Assembly (NCBI RefSeq): GCF_019636155.1
Contig: NZ_JAHBYB010000004.1
Location: 155,564-219,563 of the forward strand
Origin: Brevundimonas sp.
GTDB lineage: Bacteria; Pseudomonadota; Alphaproteobacteria; Caulobacterales; Caulobacteraceae
Reading direction: 5' to 3'
Length of the DNA: 64,000 bases
This document shows positions 28,261 to 38,477 of the stretch, one piece after another (the stretch's first letter is position 1; every line of letters begins with the position of its first letter). The notes below the pieces were generated by a model, which ran no database searches, was not told the origin of the DNA, and saw nothing but the letters and a program-made list of their open reading frames with translations. The translations under genes and the position numbers were made by a program.

Positions 28261-28764
28261 ATGATGTATCATGAACACCACAGCCATTCGACGACGCCTG
28301 CCGGGCAGGTCCAAGCCCACGGCACCTCGCTGAACCGTCTCGCCTTTACCGCTACGCTGCACTGCCTTTCAGGCTGCGCCGTGGGAGAGGTGCTGGGGAT
28401 GGTTATTGGAACGGCGCTCGGATGGAGCGCCCTGTCGACCATCGGCCTGGCCGTGGGGCTCGCCTTCCTCTTCGGCTATGCCTTCACCATGATCCCGTTG
28501 CTGCGGGCCGGACTGGCGTTCGGGGCGGTTCTGAAGCTGGCTCTGGCGGCGGACACTGTCTCGATCGCCATCATGGAGATCGTCGACAACGCCATCATGC
28601 TGGTCATTCCCGGCGCGATGGACGCACATCTGGACTCGTTTCTGTTCTGGGGCAGCCTCGGAGCCGCGCTCGTGATTGCGGGCGCCGTCGCCTTCCCCGT
28701 CAATCGCTGGCTGATTTCGCGAGGCAAGGGGCACGCGGTGGTGCACAGGCGTCATGCGCATTGA
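28261..28764 (+). CDS. DUF4396 membrane protein
   Basis: TLHCLSGCAVGEV, DTVSIAIMEIVDN and PVNRWLI motifs. Confidence 0.85.
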   Translation: MMYHEHHSHSTTPAGQVQAHGTSLNRLAFTATLHCLSGCAVGEVLGMVIGTALGWSALSTIGLAVGLAFLFGYAFTMIPLLRAGLAFGAVLKLALAADTVSIAIMEIVDNAIMLVIPGAMDAHLDSFLFWGSLGAALVIAGAVAFPVNRWLISRGKGHAVVHRRHAH

Positions 28765-28821
28765 TCCGACCTGGGCCGGCGGGGGCGCCACCTACCCCGG
28801 CCCTGTCGGCTGGGGCTTTCT

Positions 28822-28846
28822 GGAACAGGCCACGTTTGTTCGCGTT
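28822..28846 (+). promoter_or_regulatory. EcfG/sigmaT-type promoter
   Basis: GGAAC-N16-CGTT, 36 bp upstream of the DUF305 ATG. Confidence 0.65.
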
Positions 28847-28881
28847 GGCCGGACGACAGCGATATTCCGGGAGCGTGGAAG

Positions 28882-29418
28882 ATGAAAATGAGCTGGGGCC
28901 GCTTGGCGGCGATGATCGCGACCTCGACGGTCGTGATGTTCTTCTTGATGTATCAGCTGGTCTACAGCCTCGACCATGCACTGTTCAGCCTCAACCGCCT
29001 GATGGCGTCGCTCATCATGGGCTGCGTCATGGCGATGATCATGCTGGGATTCATGTGGAGCATGTATGAGGGCAGACGCACGAAGGTGGCCATCGTCGTG
29101 GCGGCCGCAATTCTCGGCGCCCTGATGCTCTATATGAACCGTGCACAGACCCTGGTGGATGACACCACCTTCATGCGCGCCATGATCCCGCACCACTCCA
29201 TCGCCATCAACAACGCCAGCAACTCGCAGATCAGCGACCCCCGAGTCAGGGAACTGGCCGACGAAATCATCGCCAGCCAGGTCCGCGAGATCGAGGAAAT
29301 GAAGTTGCTCATCGCTGAGATTGAGCGTGATGGGAAGCGCGGCGAGCGCCCCCTTCCTCCGCGCCCGGCCGTTCTAACCCCGGAGATGCAGCCGAAGATT
29401 CGAGAAGCGGTTCGGTAA
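28882..29418 (+). CDS. DUF305 (CopM-like) membrane-anchored protein
   Basis: [13 protein letters not shown] and IIASQVREI motifs. Confidence 0.85.
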   Translation: MKMSWGRLAAMIATSTVVMFFLMYQLVYSLDHALFSLNRLMASLIMGCVMAMIMLGFMWSMYEGRRTKVAIVVAAAILGALMLYMNRAQTLVDDTTFMRAMIPHHSIAINNASNSQISDPRVRELADEIIASQVREIEEMKLLIAEIERDGKRGERPLPPRPAVLTPEMQPKIREAVR

Positions 29419-29520
29419 GAACGGCCCCTCCGAACTGTTGCGCTCTTCCGCCTAGCCACCAGCGAGACGAGTTCGCACGGGAGTTTCGACTCCCGTGCGA
29501 TTTCGCTGACGTGAGTTTGA

Positions 29521-29970
29521 TCAGCCAGTCGGCTGACCCGTTCCCGGCGCTTGAGCGGCCGCGCCCGAGCGGTGCTCGGCCACCCATTGCTCCAGTTCGG
29601 CGATCTCCTGCCGCTGCATGGTCATGGTCTTCTCCGCCATCTGGCGGAGCTCCGGGTCGGGGTTCTGCTGCATCAGCACCTCCGATATGGCCATGCCGCC
29701 ACGGTGGTGCTCGATCATCTTGAGGGCGAACGTTTCCGACGGGTCCGCGCCGTTCGCCCGGCTCATGGCGAGATGCATCTGCTGCTCAGCCGCAGAGTAA
29801 GGCGTATCAGGGCCGGCCGGCATACCGCTCGGGCCGGCGGCCATTGCGGGATCGGACGACGTAGCCGCCGTATCGCCATCGTTCGTCTCGGGGTCCTCAG
29901 CCGGAGTGCAGGCCATCAGCAGTGCGGCTAGGGCGACGCCGGCAAGGCCCGTCTTAAGTCTTATCGACAT
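29521..29970 (-). CDS. DUF305 (CopM-like) lipoprotein
   Basis: Lipobox LMAC, MIEHHRGG, Met-rich. Confidence 0.8.
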   Translation of the reverse strand: MSIRLKTGLAGVALAALLMACTPAEDPETNDGDTAATSSDPAMAAGPSGMPAGPDTPYSAAEQQMHLAMSRANGADPSETFALKMIEHHRGGMAISEVLMQQNPDPELRQMAEKTMTMQRQEIAELEQWVAEHRSGAAAQAPGTGQPTG

Positions 29971-29999
29971 GGGTGGTTCTCCAATGGTGAAGCCTAGCG

Positions 30000-30024
30000 A
30001 ACCGGCGGCGTGGCGCGAGGTTCC
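30000..30024 (-). promoter_or_regulatory. EcfG/sigmaT-type promoter
   Basis: GGAAC-N16-GGTT upstream of the DUF305 lipoprotein. Confidence 0.6.
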
Positions 30025-30034
30025 CAAAAGGGCC

Positions 30035-30065
30035 TTGACCTTCCCATGACTGGAACGTTCATCAG
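30035..30065 (+). promoter_or_regulatory. CueR-type promoter of the Cu-ATPase
   Basis: TTGACC-TTCCCATGACTGGAACGTT (19 bp)-CATCAG. Confidence 0.78.
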
Positions 30066-30095
30066 GAGAGGGACTTCCATCCTGGAGACATCCCG

Positions 30096-32579
30096 ATGAC
30101 CGCCACATCCCTGCGAACGCTCGATATACCCGTGCTCGGCATGACCTGCGCCAGTTGTGTGGGGCGGGTCGAGAAAGCTATCCGGGCAGCCCCCGGCGTC
30201 AGAAGCGCCACGGTGAACCTCGCCGCCGAACGTGCGCGGGTGGAACTGGATGACGTGGGGTCTGCGGCGGCCGTGACCCAGGCGATCCGCTCCGCCGGCT
30301 ACGAACCGATCGAACGCATTATCGAACTGAAGATCGGCGGCATGACGTGCGCGAGTTGCGTCGGCCGGGTCGAGCGCGCGCTGAAGGCCACGCCGGGCGT
30401 TCTGGACGCCAGCGTCAACCTGGCGACCGAGAGAGCCACGGTCCGGGTGCTGGAGGGCGCCGCTGATGCGCGCGCCTTGACGGATGCAGTGGCCAAGGCG
30501 GGCTACACCGCCGAGGCGGCGTCCGCGCCGGACACGACCAGCGAGGATCGGGAGCAGGCGTCGCGGGCGGCGGAAATCCTTAGTCTCGGTCGTGCCGTCG
30601 CCATCGCGGGCGCCGCGACCCTGCCGCTGTTCGTCATCGAGATGGCGCTGCACTTCGTTCCGGGCGCCCACGCCTGGCTTATGGACTCGATTGGCATGAC
30701 GCCCTGGCGGATCGTCAGCTTCCTGCTGGCGACCTTCGTGCTCTTCGTCCCGGGTCTGCGCTTCTATCGAAAGGGCGTGCCCAACCTGATCCGGCTGACG
30801 CCGGACATGAACTCGCTCGTCGTGCTGGGCGCCACCGCCGCCTGGGCCTTCTCGACGGTCGCCACCTTCGTCCCTCAGTGGCTGCCGGCCGGAACCGCCA
30901 ACGTCTATTTCGAAGCCGCCGCCGTGATCGTCACGCTGATCCTTGTCGGCCGCTGGTTCGAGGCCCGCGCCAAAGGGCAGACCAGCCAGGCCATTCGTCG
31001 CCTGATGACGCTCCAAGCCAAGACGGCGCGCGTGGAGCGGGACGGGTCTGAGATCGAGCTGCCGATCGATCAGGTCACGCCAGGCGACGTGATCGTGGTT
31101 CGGCCCGGTGAGCGCGTTCCGGTCGACGGCTCGGTGCTGTCCGGCGCCTCCTTCGTTGACGAGTCCATGCTCACCGGCGAGCCGATCCCGGTGGAGAAGG
31201 TCGAGGGCGCCAAGGTCGTCGGCGGCACGATCAATACGACGGGTGCCTTCCGTTTCCGGGCCGAGAAGGTGGGTTCCGAGACCGTGCTGGCGCAGATCGT
31301 GCGCATGGTCGAGGCGGCCCAGGGCGCCAAGCTGCCGATCCAGGCGCTGGTCGACAAGGTGACCGGCTGGTTCGTTCCCGCTGTCATCGCCATCGCTGTC
31401 GTGACCTTCGGCGTCTGGGTGGTGTTCGGACCGCAGCCGGCGCTGGGCTTCGCCCTGGTCAACGCCGTCGCCGTGCTCATCATCGCCTGCCCCTGCGCCA
31501 TGGGACTGGCCACCCCGACCTCGATCATGGTCGGGACCGGCCGCGCCGCCGAACTCGGCGTCCTGTTCCGCAAGGGCGAGGCGCTTCAGGCGCTTCAGGG
31601 CGTCGAGGTCGTCGCCTTCGACAAGACGGGCACCCTGACCGAGGGGCGGCCGGAACTAACCGACCTCACCGTGGCCGAGGGCTTCATCGAGGACGAGGTG
31701 CTGAGCCTGGTCGCCGGGCTGGAGACGCGCTCGGAGCACCCCATCGCCCGCGCCATCATTCAGGCCGCCGAGGCGCAAGGCCTTCCCGTTCCTGATCCGG
31801 ACACCTTCTCCTCGCGTCCCGGTTTCGGCGCCGAGGGTCGGGTCGGCGGCCGGTTTGTGCAAGTCGGCGCTGACCGCCTTATGCTCGGTCTCGGCCTCGA
31901 CCTGTCCGCCTTCGCCGATCAGGCGCAGTGGCTGGGTGAAGAAGGCAAGAGCCCCCTTTATGCCGCGATCGACGGCCGTCTCGCCGCCATCATCGCGGTC
32001 GCCGATCCGATCAAGGCCACCACCTCCGCCGCTATCGCCGCCCTTCACGCCCTCGGGTTAAAGGTGGCCATGGTCACCGGCGACAACCGCCGGACCGCGG
32101 AGGCCGTGGCTCGACGTTTGGGCATCGACGAGGTGCGCGCCGAAGTTCTGCCGGACGGCAAGGTGGAGGCCGTTCGCGCCCTTCAGACCGGCGGCCGGCG
32201 GGTCGCCTTCGTGGGGGATGGCGTCAATGACGCGCCGGCTCTGGCGGCGGCCGATGTCGGGCTCGCCGTCGGCGGCGGCACGGATGTCGCGATCGAGAGC
32301 GCCGATGTGGTCCTGACCGGTGGCGACCTGCGGGGCGCCGTGAACGCCGTCGCCCTCTCGCGGGCGACGATGCGCAACATCCGCCAGAACCTGGTCTGGG
32401 CGTTCGGCTACAACGTAGTGCTGATCCCGGTCGCCGCAGGACTGCTCTTCCCCGTGTTCGGCTGGTTGCTGTCGCCCATGCTGGCCGCCGGCGCCATGGC
32501 CCTGTCCAGCGTCAGCGTCCTCACCAACGCGCTGCGCCTCCGTGGCTTCAAGACCCGCTTCGAAGGAGTTGTCGCATGA
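30096..32579 (+). CDS. copA: Cu(I)-translocating P1B-type ATPase
   Basis: Two GMTCASC domains; CPC, DKTGTLT, SEHP, GDGVND and YN motifs. Confidence 0.95.
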   Translation: MTATSLRTLDIPVLGMTCASCVGRVEKAIRAAPGVRSATVNLAAERARVELDDVGSAAAVTQAIRSAGYEPIERIIELKIGGMTCASCVGRVERALKATPGVLDASVNLATERATVRVLEGAADARALTDAVAKAGYTAEAASAPDTTSEDREQASRAAEILSLGRAVAIAGAATLPLFVIEMALHFVPGAHAWLMDSIGMTPWRIVSFLLATFVLFVPGLRFYRKGVPNLIRLTPDMNSLVVLGATAAWAFSTVATFVPQWLPAGTANVYFEAAAVIVTLILVGRWFEARAKGQTSQAIRRLMTLQAKTARVERDGSEIELPIDQVTPGDVIVVRPGERVPVDGSVLSGASFVDESMLTGEPIPVEKVEGAKVVGGTINTTGAFRFRAEKVGSETVLAQIVRMVEAAQGAKLPIQALVDKVTGWFVPAVIAIAVVTFGVWVVFGPQPALGFALVNAVAVLIIACPCAMGLATPTSIMVGTGRAAELGVLFRKGEALQALQGVEVVAFDKTGTLTEGRPELTDLTVAEGFIEDEVLSLVAGLETRSEHPIARAIIQAAEAQGLPVPDPDTFSSRPGFGAEGRVGGRFVQVGADRLMLGLGLDLSAFADQAQWLGEEGKSPLYAAIDGRLAAIIAVADPIKATTSAAIAALHALGLKVAMVTGDNRRTAEAVARRLGIDEVRAEVLPDGKVEAVRALQTGGRRVAFVGDGVNDAPALAAADVGLAVGGGTDVAIESADVVLTGGDLRGAVNAVALSRATMRNIRQNLVWAFGYNVVLIPVAAGLLFPVFGWLLSPMLAAGAMALSSVSVLTNALRLRGFKTRFEGVVA

Positions 32580-33034
32580 ATATCGGCCAGGCCTCCAAGG
32601 CGACCGGCGTTTCGACCAAGATGATCCGCTACTACGAGTCTGTTGGCCTGATCCGGCCGGCGGACCGGACTGAGAGCAACTACCGGGACTTCTCGGACCG
32701 TGACGTGAACGAGTTGAGATTCATTCGCCGAGCCCGCAACCTTGGCTTCTCGGTCGAGGAGATCACCCATCTGCTCTCGCTCTGGCGGGACCGGGACCGA
32801 TCAAGCCGGGAGGTGAAGGCGATCGCCGACAAGCATGTCGCCGACCTCGACGCGCGGATCGCCGAGATGACCTCCATGGCCGACACCCTGCGCGACCTTG
32901 CGCGGTGCTGCGCAGGCGACGACCGGCCGGACTGCCCGATCCTCACCGACCTGTCCGCCTCGGGCGCCGCCCCTGCGAGCGCAACGGTGAAGACGTCCCG
33001 CCGCTCGCCGAAGCACGCCCTGGCAGCGTCCTGA
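32576..33034 (+). CDS. cueR: Cu(I)-responsive regulator CueR
   Basis: [11 protein letters not shown] and [11 protein letters not shown]. Confidence 0.93.
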   Translation: MNIGQASKATGVSTKMIRYYESVGLIRPADRTESNYRDFSDRDVNELRFIRRARNLGFSVEEITHLLSLWRDRDRSSREVKAIADKHVADLDARIAEMTSMADTLRDLARCCAGDDRPDCPILTDLSASGAAPASATVKTSRRSPKHALAAS

Positions 33035-33366
33035 CGCAGTCGAGATCGAGCCGGATGCACTGGGTCAGATCCTTGGTGCCGAACGTCAAGGTCCGACACC
33101 ATCGGGATGTAATCGGAAAATTCGGAGTCCTGGGAGGTATGCGACTGGCCGCTCTGCTCATGGCGGATCGCGCAGCGCGTCAGGCCGGAATGCTGGACTC
33201 CGTGAAGGGGGCCTCTACACTTCGCGTCGGCGGGTTCCGGAATGGATAGGCGCTGATCTTGAGCCGGGGGACGCTTTGCGTCGGCGGCGATCAGAACTGA
33301 AACTCCCGGCTTCCGTACAGAAGTTCCAGACCCGCCCCCTTCCCTCATCCGTCCGACGGCCGAACT

Positions 33367-33609
33367 TCAATCGACATCCGGGTCGATGATCCCGGCGCGC
33401 ACCGCCACCGCCACGGCCTCGATCCGGGTGCGCACCCTCAATTTGGCGCAGGCTTTCTCCAGATAGCTGTCGACCGTGCGGGGTGAAAGCCCGACAATTT
33501 GACCGATATCGACGGAGCTCTTCCCTCGACTGACCCAAAGCAGACATTCGGATTCGCGCGCGCTCAATGGGGTGGCTGGTCGAGGTTCCGACGGGGAATC
33601 GCAGTCCAT
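33367..33609 (-). CDS. Stand-alone LuxR-type HTH regulator
   Basis: LSARESECL..V..GKSS..IG..VGLSPRTVDSY; no autoinducer domain. Confidence 0.82.
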   Translation of the reverse strand: MDCDSPSEPRPATPLSARESECLLWVSRGKSSVDIGQIVGLSPRTVDSYLEKACAKLRVRTRIEAVAVAVRAGIIDPDVD

Positions 33610-33684
33610 GGCTGATCCTCACAGTTGTCCGTGCACGTTCGGCGGGAATCAGCGCACCCGGCAACGACAGAGAATTGCGGGCCG

Positions 33685-33702
33685 CCCGCAATAAACTTGC
33701 GC
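33685..33702. promoter_or_regulatory. Candidate operator CCCGCAA-N5-TTGCGC (copy 1)
   Basis: All 13 arm bases identical to 44342-44359; adjacent 8-3-8 palindrome at 33674-33692. Confidence 0.5.
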
Positions 33703-33953
33703 AGATCGCGCGTCCGCCCTCCGCCGACACCGCCTGACTTGCGCCCAGGTCGCCTTTGATTCATGGTTCGCCCGCCGGCGCTCGCGCCGGTGGGGCCTGG
33801 AATCCCCTGTGCGACATCTGATCATCGACGGCCCCGCGCGCGACGCGGATGTCGGTTGCCGACGGCTTCGGACCCGTGCGTTCTTGCGCGTGCGCCCGGC
33901 GGCGCGGCTGCGTCGGGATTCCGGACCTCTCGCGGAGAGGCCGGAGAGGTGTG

Positions 33954-34442
33954 GTGACAGAGGCGAAGCAGCTTGGCGCGGACGGACGGGACGGTTTGAA
34001 CCGCCTGTACCGTCAATACGCCCCCTGGCTGGGTCGCCGCCTTCGCGCGCGCGTGGGCCCAGACGCCGCCGCCGACGTCGTACAGGAGACCTATATACGC
34101 GCGGCGCCCTACGCCCTTGCGGACATCCGCCATCCCAAGGCCTTCCTTCTGCGGATCGCCATGAATCTCCTGCGCGACGAGAGCCGCCGCGAGGCCCGCA
34201 AGAACCGGGAGACCGAGGGGGCCCCGTCTCCGGAAGTGGAGGCCGCCCACCAGTTCGATCATGTCCTGCTGTCTCAGGTCATCCGCTCGATGCCGCCGCT
34301 CTACCGCAACGTCTTCGTTCTGAACCGCTTTGGCGGTATGACTTATCCTGAAATCGCCCTGACGCTCGAGATAAGCGTGAAGACGGTGGAATGGCGAATG
34401 GCCAGGGCGATCGAGTACTGCGCGTCTCGGCTGGATCTGTAG
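33954..34442 (+). CDS. fecI: FecI-like ECF sigma factor
   Basis: DVVQETY, AFLLRIAMNLLRD and TYPEIA...SVKTVEWRM; GTG start after GGAGAGG. Confidence 0.85.
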   Translation: MTEAKQLGADGRDGLNRLYRQYAPWLGRRLRARVGPDAAADVVQETYIRAAPYALADIRHPKAFLLRIAMNLLRDESRREARKNRETEGAPSPEVEAAHQFDHVLLSQVIRSMPPLYRNVFVLNRFGGMTYPEIALTLEISVKTVEWRMARAIEYCASRLDL

Positions 34443-34451
34443 GCAAGACGG

Positions 34452-35426
34452 ATGACCATCGAGGGTGACGTCGACATCAGGCGGAGGGAAGCGGCTGAGT
34501 GGTTTGCTCGGCTCAACCAGCGCACGGTCACGACCGCGGACGTGAAGGGGTTCAGCGAGTGGCGCCGCGACCCCGAGAATGCGCGGGCCTTCAGTCGTGT
34601 CGAGGCCATGTGGGACGCGGCCGGCGCCCTGGCCAAAAGCCCGGAGATGTCGGCGCTCGCGCGAGAGGCGGCAGGTCTGCGCCCCCCCCCCAAACGGCGT
34701 TCGACGACCGGCCGCCTCCTACCGATCGGCGCCGCCGGCGCCTTGGCGCTGGCCTTCGGCGCGACTGCTTTCGTCTGGCTGTCCCAGCAGCCGACGCGCT
34801 ACGCCACGGCGGTAGGGGAACAACGCACCTTTCAACTTGAGGACGGCTCGCGCATCACGCTGGACACGGCGTCGGAGGTCGCCGTGCGCTTCAACGATTC
34901 CCGCCGTTCGGTCACTCTCGCAACCGGCCAGGCCATGTTCGATGTCGAAGGCGATCCGGGACGGCCCTTTGTTGTCGCGGCCGGCAACACCCGGGTGACG
35001 GCGGTCGGCACCCGCTTCGATGTCCGACGATCGGGCGCAGGCGCTCGGGTTGTTCTCGTCGAAGGGCGGGTCGATGTCCGGCGGGAGGCCGCGTCTGACG
35101 GTCAGTGGACCCTGGCGCCCGGTCAGCAGGTCACGACCTCGACGGATCGTCCGACGGTCGCGGCCGCGAACCTGCCGGCCGCCACCAGCTGGACCACGGG
35201 GCGGCTGACGTTCGAGAGCACGCCGATCGGCGAGGCCGTGGCGGAGATGAACCGCTACAGCCGCGTGTCGATCGAGCTGCGGGACGAACGAATCTCATCG
35301 ATCCAGATCAGCGGCGTGTTCAACACCGGCGACGTCGACGGCTTCGTCGCCGCGCTGAGCGACCTCTACGCCCTTCGGCCGACGGAGACCGACGATGGCC
35401 GAATCATTCTCACCGGTCCGGCCTGA
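34452..35426 (+). CDS. fecR: FecR-like anti-sigma/signal transducer
   Basis: EAAEWFARL, YATAVGEQR..LEDGS, AVGTRFDV and W..GRL motifs. Confidence 0.9.
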   Translation: MTIEGDVDIRRREAAEWFARLNQRTVTTADVKGFSEWRRDPENARAFSRVEAMWDAAGALAKSPEMSALAREAAGLRPPPKRRSTTGRLLPIGAAGALALAFGATAFVWLSQQPTRYATAVGEQRTFQLEDGSRITLDTASEVAVRFNDSRRSVTLATGQAMFDVEGDPGRPFVVAAGNTRVTAVGTRFDVRRSGAGARVVLVEGRVDVRREAASDGQWTLAPGQQVTTSTDRPTVAAANLPAATSWTTGRLTFESTPIGEAVAEMNRYSRVSIELRDERISSIQISGVFNTGDVDGFVAALSDLYALRPTETDDGRIILTGPA

Positions 35427-35445
35427 AATTAATCCGCCCTCGACT

Positions 35446-35472
35446 TAGGGGAACCTCCGCGACCCAACGTCT
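35446..35472 (+). promoter_or_regulatory. Candidate FecI-type ECF promoter of the TonB receptor
   Basis: TTAGGGGAACC-N12-CGTC upstream of the receptor gene. Confidence 0.4.
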
Positions 35473-35510
35473 CCTCCCCAGCCCGCACATCCGCGGGTAG
35501 AAAATGGGGG

Positions 35511-38471
35511 ATGGTCATGGGCCAGGGTTTCACTTCGACGGCGGTTGCCGCATTGATGCTGGGCGTCGCGACGCCGGTCATCGCGCAATCGAGCGATGTC
35601 GCGCGCCGCTTCGATATCGCGGCGGGACCGCTCGACCGCACCCTGCCCGCCTTCGCCCGCCAGAGCGGCCTTCAGATCCTCTATCCGAGCGCCCTCGTGG
35701 CGGGTCGCCGGTCGCCGGCCGTCAGCGGCGACCTGACGCCCGAGGCCGCGCTGACGCTGCTGCTGCGCGATTCCGGGCTGACCTATCGCCAGAGCCGCCC
35801 CACGGTCTTCGTTCTCGTCGATCCGACGGCCCGGGCGGATGCAGGCGAGACAGACGCGACCCAGCTCGAAGAGATCGTCGTGACCGGCACCTATCTGCGC
35901 GGCGCCGACAGCCCCTCGCCGGTGACGGTCGTCACCCAGGCGGACGTCGAACGGCAGGGCCGAGCGACCGTCGCGGAGACCCTCGCGGCCATGCCGCAGA
36001 ACTTCACCGGTTCCGCCTACGAAGGCTCGACGAATAGCGGGGCCGACCGTTCCGGGCGCAATGTCGGATCCGCGACTGGCGTCAACCTCCGCGGCCTCGG
36101 CGCCGACGCGACCCTCGTGCTGGTCAACGGGCGGCGGGTCGCCGGAACCGGCAATGCAGGGGATTTCGCGGACATTTCGAACATCCCGTCCAGCGCCATC
36201 TCTCGGGCGGACGTCCTTCTTGATGGCGCATCGGCTCTCTATGGCGCTGACGCCGTCGGCGGCGTCGTCAACATCATCCTGAAGTCCCGCTTTGAAGGCG
36301 CCGAGACCCGGGTCCGCGTCGGCGGTACGAGCGACGGCGGGGCCGAGGAGTTCCTCTTCTCCCACGCCGGAGGTCTGAGCTGGGAAAGCGGCAGCGTCGT
36401 CGCCGCCTACGAGTATCACAATCGCAGCGAGCTCCAGGGCGCGGAGCGCGACGCCACAGCGGACGCCGACCTCCGACGCTTCGGAGGCACCGACCGCCGC
36501 CTCCTCACAGCTTCACCCGGAAACATCGTCCGCCTCGACGCAGCCACCGCGACCTATATTCCGCTGTTCGCGATCCCCTCCGGGCAGAATGGCGTCGGCC
36601 TCGCGCCCGGCGACTTCATCGCCGGGCAGATCAACCGCACCAATCAACTAGAAGGCCAGTGGTTTCTGCCTCATCAAGAACGTCAGAGCCTTTTTCTAGC
36701 GGCAAGACAGAACCTGCCGGCCGGATTCAGTTTGGACGGCGATATCCGATACACCGAGCGCGACTTCTTCCTGAAGACCAGCGCGGACGCGGGGACCTTC
36801 ACCGTCACCGCCGCCAATCCTTACTTCGTCTCGCCGACCGGCTCGACGTCACATGACATCGCCTACTCGTGGGTGAACGATCTCGGACCGGGCCTGTCGG
36901 AAGGACGAACCGAAAGCCTCGGTGGTGCGCTCGGCGTCTCGGGCGAACTGCTCGGCTGGAGCGTCTCGGCCTATGCCAGCGGCGCACAGGAGACCACCGG
37001 CCGCCGGCTATCCAATCGTGTGCAGACAACCTTCCTGCAGGAGGCTCTGGGCGCACGAGCGGACATACCGACCACGACCTTCAGGACCGCGACGGACGGC
37101 TTCTTCAACCCGTTCGGCGGCCCGGCCGCGAACTCGGCGACTATCCTGGCGCACATTGGCTCGGGCTACACCGACGCCGATTACGTAAGCACCGTGTCTT
37201 CGTTCAACCTCAAGACCGATGGGACGGTCCTCGAGTTGCCCGGTGGTCCGTTGCAGGCTGCGTTCGGTCTCGACTTCCGCGCCGAGCAGTTTGAGTCGGG
37301 TGGGGAGAGCTTCCTGTCCGGGACCGCTCCGCGCGTGACCGCGCCGGTCTCGTTCGAACGGGACGTCTCCTCGGCGTTCGCCGAAGTCCGCGTACCCATA
37401 TTCGGCCCGTCCAATGCTCGCCCCGGCCTCGAGCGTCTGGAACTGTCGCTGGCCGGGCGAGTCGAAGACCACGAGGGCGTGGGGAGGACGAGCAACCCCA
37501 AGGTCGGCCTGCTCTACGGACCAACGACCGATCTGGTGTTGCGTGCCTCCTGGGGGACGTCCTTTCGCGCGCCATCTCTGAGGGAGCTGCAGAGCGCCTA
37601 TCAGATCGGCCCGTCGTTCCTGAACCGCGGCGGCGGCAACGTCCTGACCCTTATTCAGTACGGAGGAAACCCCGACCTCAGACCGGAGACAGCGGATTCC
37701 CTTACAGCAGGCTTCGTCTGGACGCCGGCGGCCTACGACGGTCTGCGCCTCGAGGGGAACTGGTTCCGCACGCGATTTAACGACCGCATCGGCAATCCGG
37801 TCATCCAGAACCTCGTCAACGCGCTGAACGACCCGGCGCTGGCGCCCTTTGTTCGCTATGTCTCTCCCACGACGTCTGCGGAAGACCGGGCTCTCGTCCA
37901 GTCGCTGCTCGACCATCCGGGCAACTTCAACCCGACGGTCTTCCCGGCGACGTCCTACGGCGTCATCGTCGACAACCGCTTCGTTAATGCGGCGAGCGTC
38001 GAGGTCGAAGGTCTGGACCTGTCCGCACGGTATCGGTTCGACTTCGCCGCCGGCCAGGCAATGGTCGACACGACCATCACCCATCTGCTGACCAACAATC
38101 GCCAGATCACGGCTACCTCCCCCACGGAGCATCTTCTCGGGGATCCGAACTTCCCGGCCCGATGGCGGGGTCGCGCCGGCAGTCAGTGGGTCCGCGGCCC
38201 GATCACCCTGGGCCTGATCGCCAACTATGTCAGCGGGGGGCGCGATCCGCTGACCAATCGCGAGATCGACGACTGGACCACCTTCGACGGTCAGGTGCGC
38301 TACGATTTCGCGGCGGGTTGGGGGGAAGGTCTCTCACTCAGCCTCAATGTGCTGAACCTCTCCAATGCGGCGCCGCCATTCTACGACTCCCCAAACGGGG
38401 TCGGCTTCGACGGCGCCAATACGAACGCGCTCGGGCGGCAGGTGTCGCTCCAACTCGTCAAGCGCTGGTGA
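35511..38471 (+). CDS. TonB-dependent transducer (receptor with N-terminal signalling domain)
   Basis: Signal peptide, STN domain, EEIVVTG TonB box, LYGADAVGGVVNII plug, C-terminal W. Confidence 0.93.
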   Translation: MVMGQGFTSTAVAALMLGVATPVIAQSSDVARRFDIAAGPLDRTLPAFARQSGLQILYPSALVAGRRSPAVSGDLTPEAALTLLLRDSGLTYRQSRPTVFVLVDPTARADAGETDATQLEEIVVTGTYLRGADSPSPVTVVTQADVERQGRATVAETLAAMPQNFTGSAYEGSTNSGADRSGRNVGSATGVNLRGLGADATLVLVNGRRVAGTGNAGDFADISNIPSSAISRADVLLDGASALYGADAVGGVVNIILKSRFEGAETRVRVGGTSDGGAEEFLFSHAGGLSWESGSVVAAYEYHNRSELQGAERDATADADLRRFGGTDRRLLTASPGNIVRLDAATATYIPLFAIPSGQNGVGLAPGDFIAGQINRTNQLEGQWFLPHQERQSLFLAARQNLPAGFSLDGDIRYTERDFFLKTSADAGTFTVTAANPYFVSPTGSTSHDIAYSWVNDLGPGLSEGRTESLGGALGVSGELLGWSVSAYASGAQETTGRRLSNRVQTTFLQEALGARADIPTTTFRTATDGFFNPFGGPAANSATILAHIGSGYTDADYVSTVSSFNLKTDGTVLELPGGPLQAAFGLDFRAEQFESGGESFLSGTAPRVTAPVSFERDVSSAFAEVRVPIFGPSNARPGLERLELSLAGRVEDHEGVGRTSNPKVGLLYGPTTDLVLRASWGTSFRAPSLRELQSAYQIGPSFLNRGGGNVLTLIQYGGNPDLRPETADSLTAGFVWTPAAYDGLRLEGNWFRTRFNDRIGNPVIQNLVNALNDPALAPFVRYVSPTTSAEDRALVQSLLDHPGNFNPTVFPATSYGVIVDNRFVNAASVEVEGLDLSARYRFDFAAGQAMVDTTITHLLTNNRQITATSPTEHLLGDPNFPARWRGRAGSQWVRGPITLGLIANYVSGGRDPLTNREIDDWTTFDGQVRYDFAAGWGEGLSLSLNVLNLSNAAPPFYDSPNGVGFDGANTNALGRQVSLQLVKRW

Positions 38472-38477
38472 TCCGCC

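Noticed and set aside
32943-33161. ORF with FGTKDLTQ-C resembling a third lasso precursor
   Set aside because: It overlaps the cueR 3' end, has no clear RBS, lacks the LxRLGxA motif, has no Asp/Glu at position 8-9, and lies 10 kb from B/C.
33196-33230. GAAGGGGGCC...GCGTCG as a sixth CnrH-like promoter
   Set aside because: Spacer is 10 rather than 11 bp and the -10 deviates.
33139-33249. 36-aa ORF after GGAGGT in the cueR-luxR1 gap
   Set aside because: RBS abuts the ATG and the peptide has no recognisable features.
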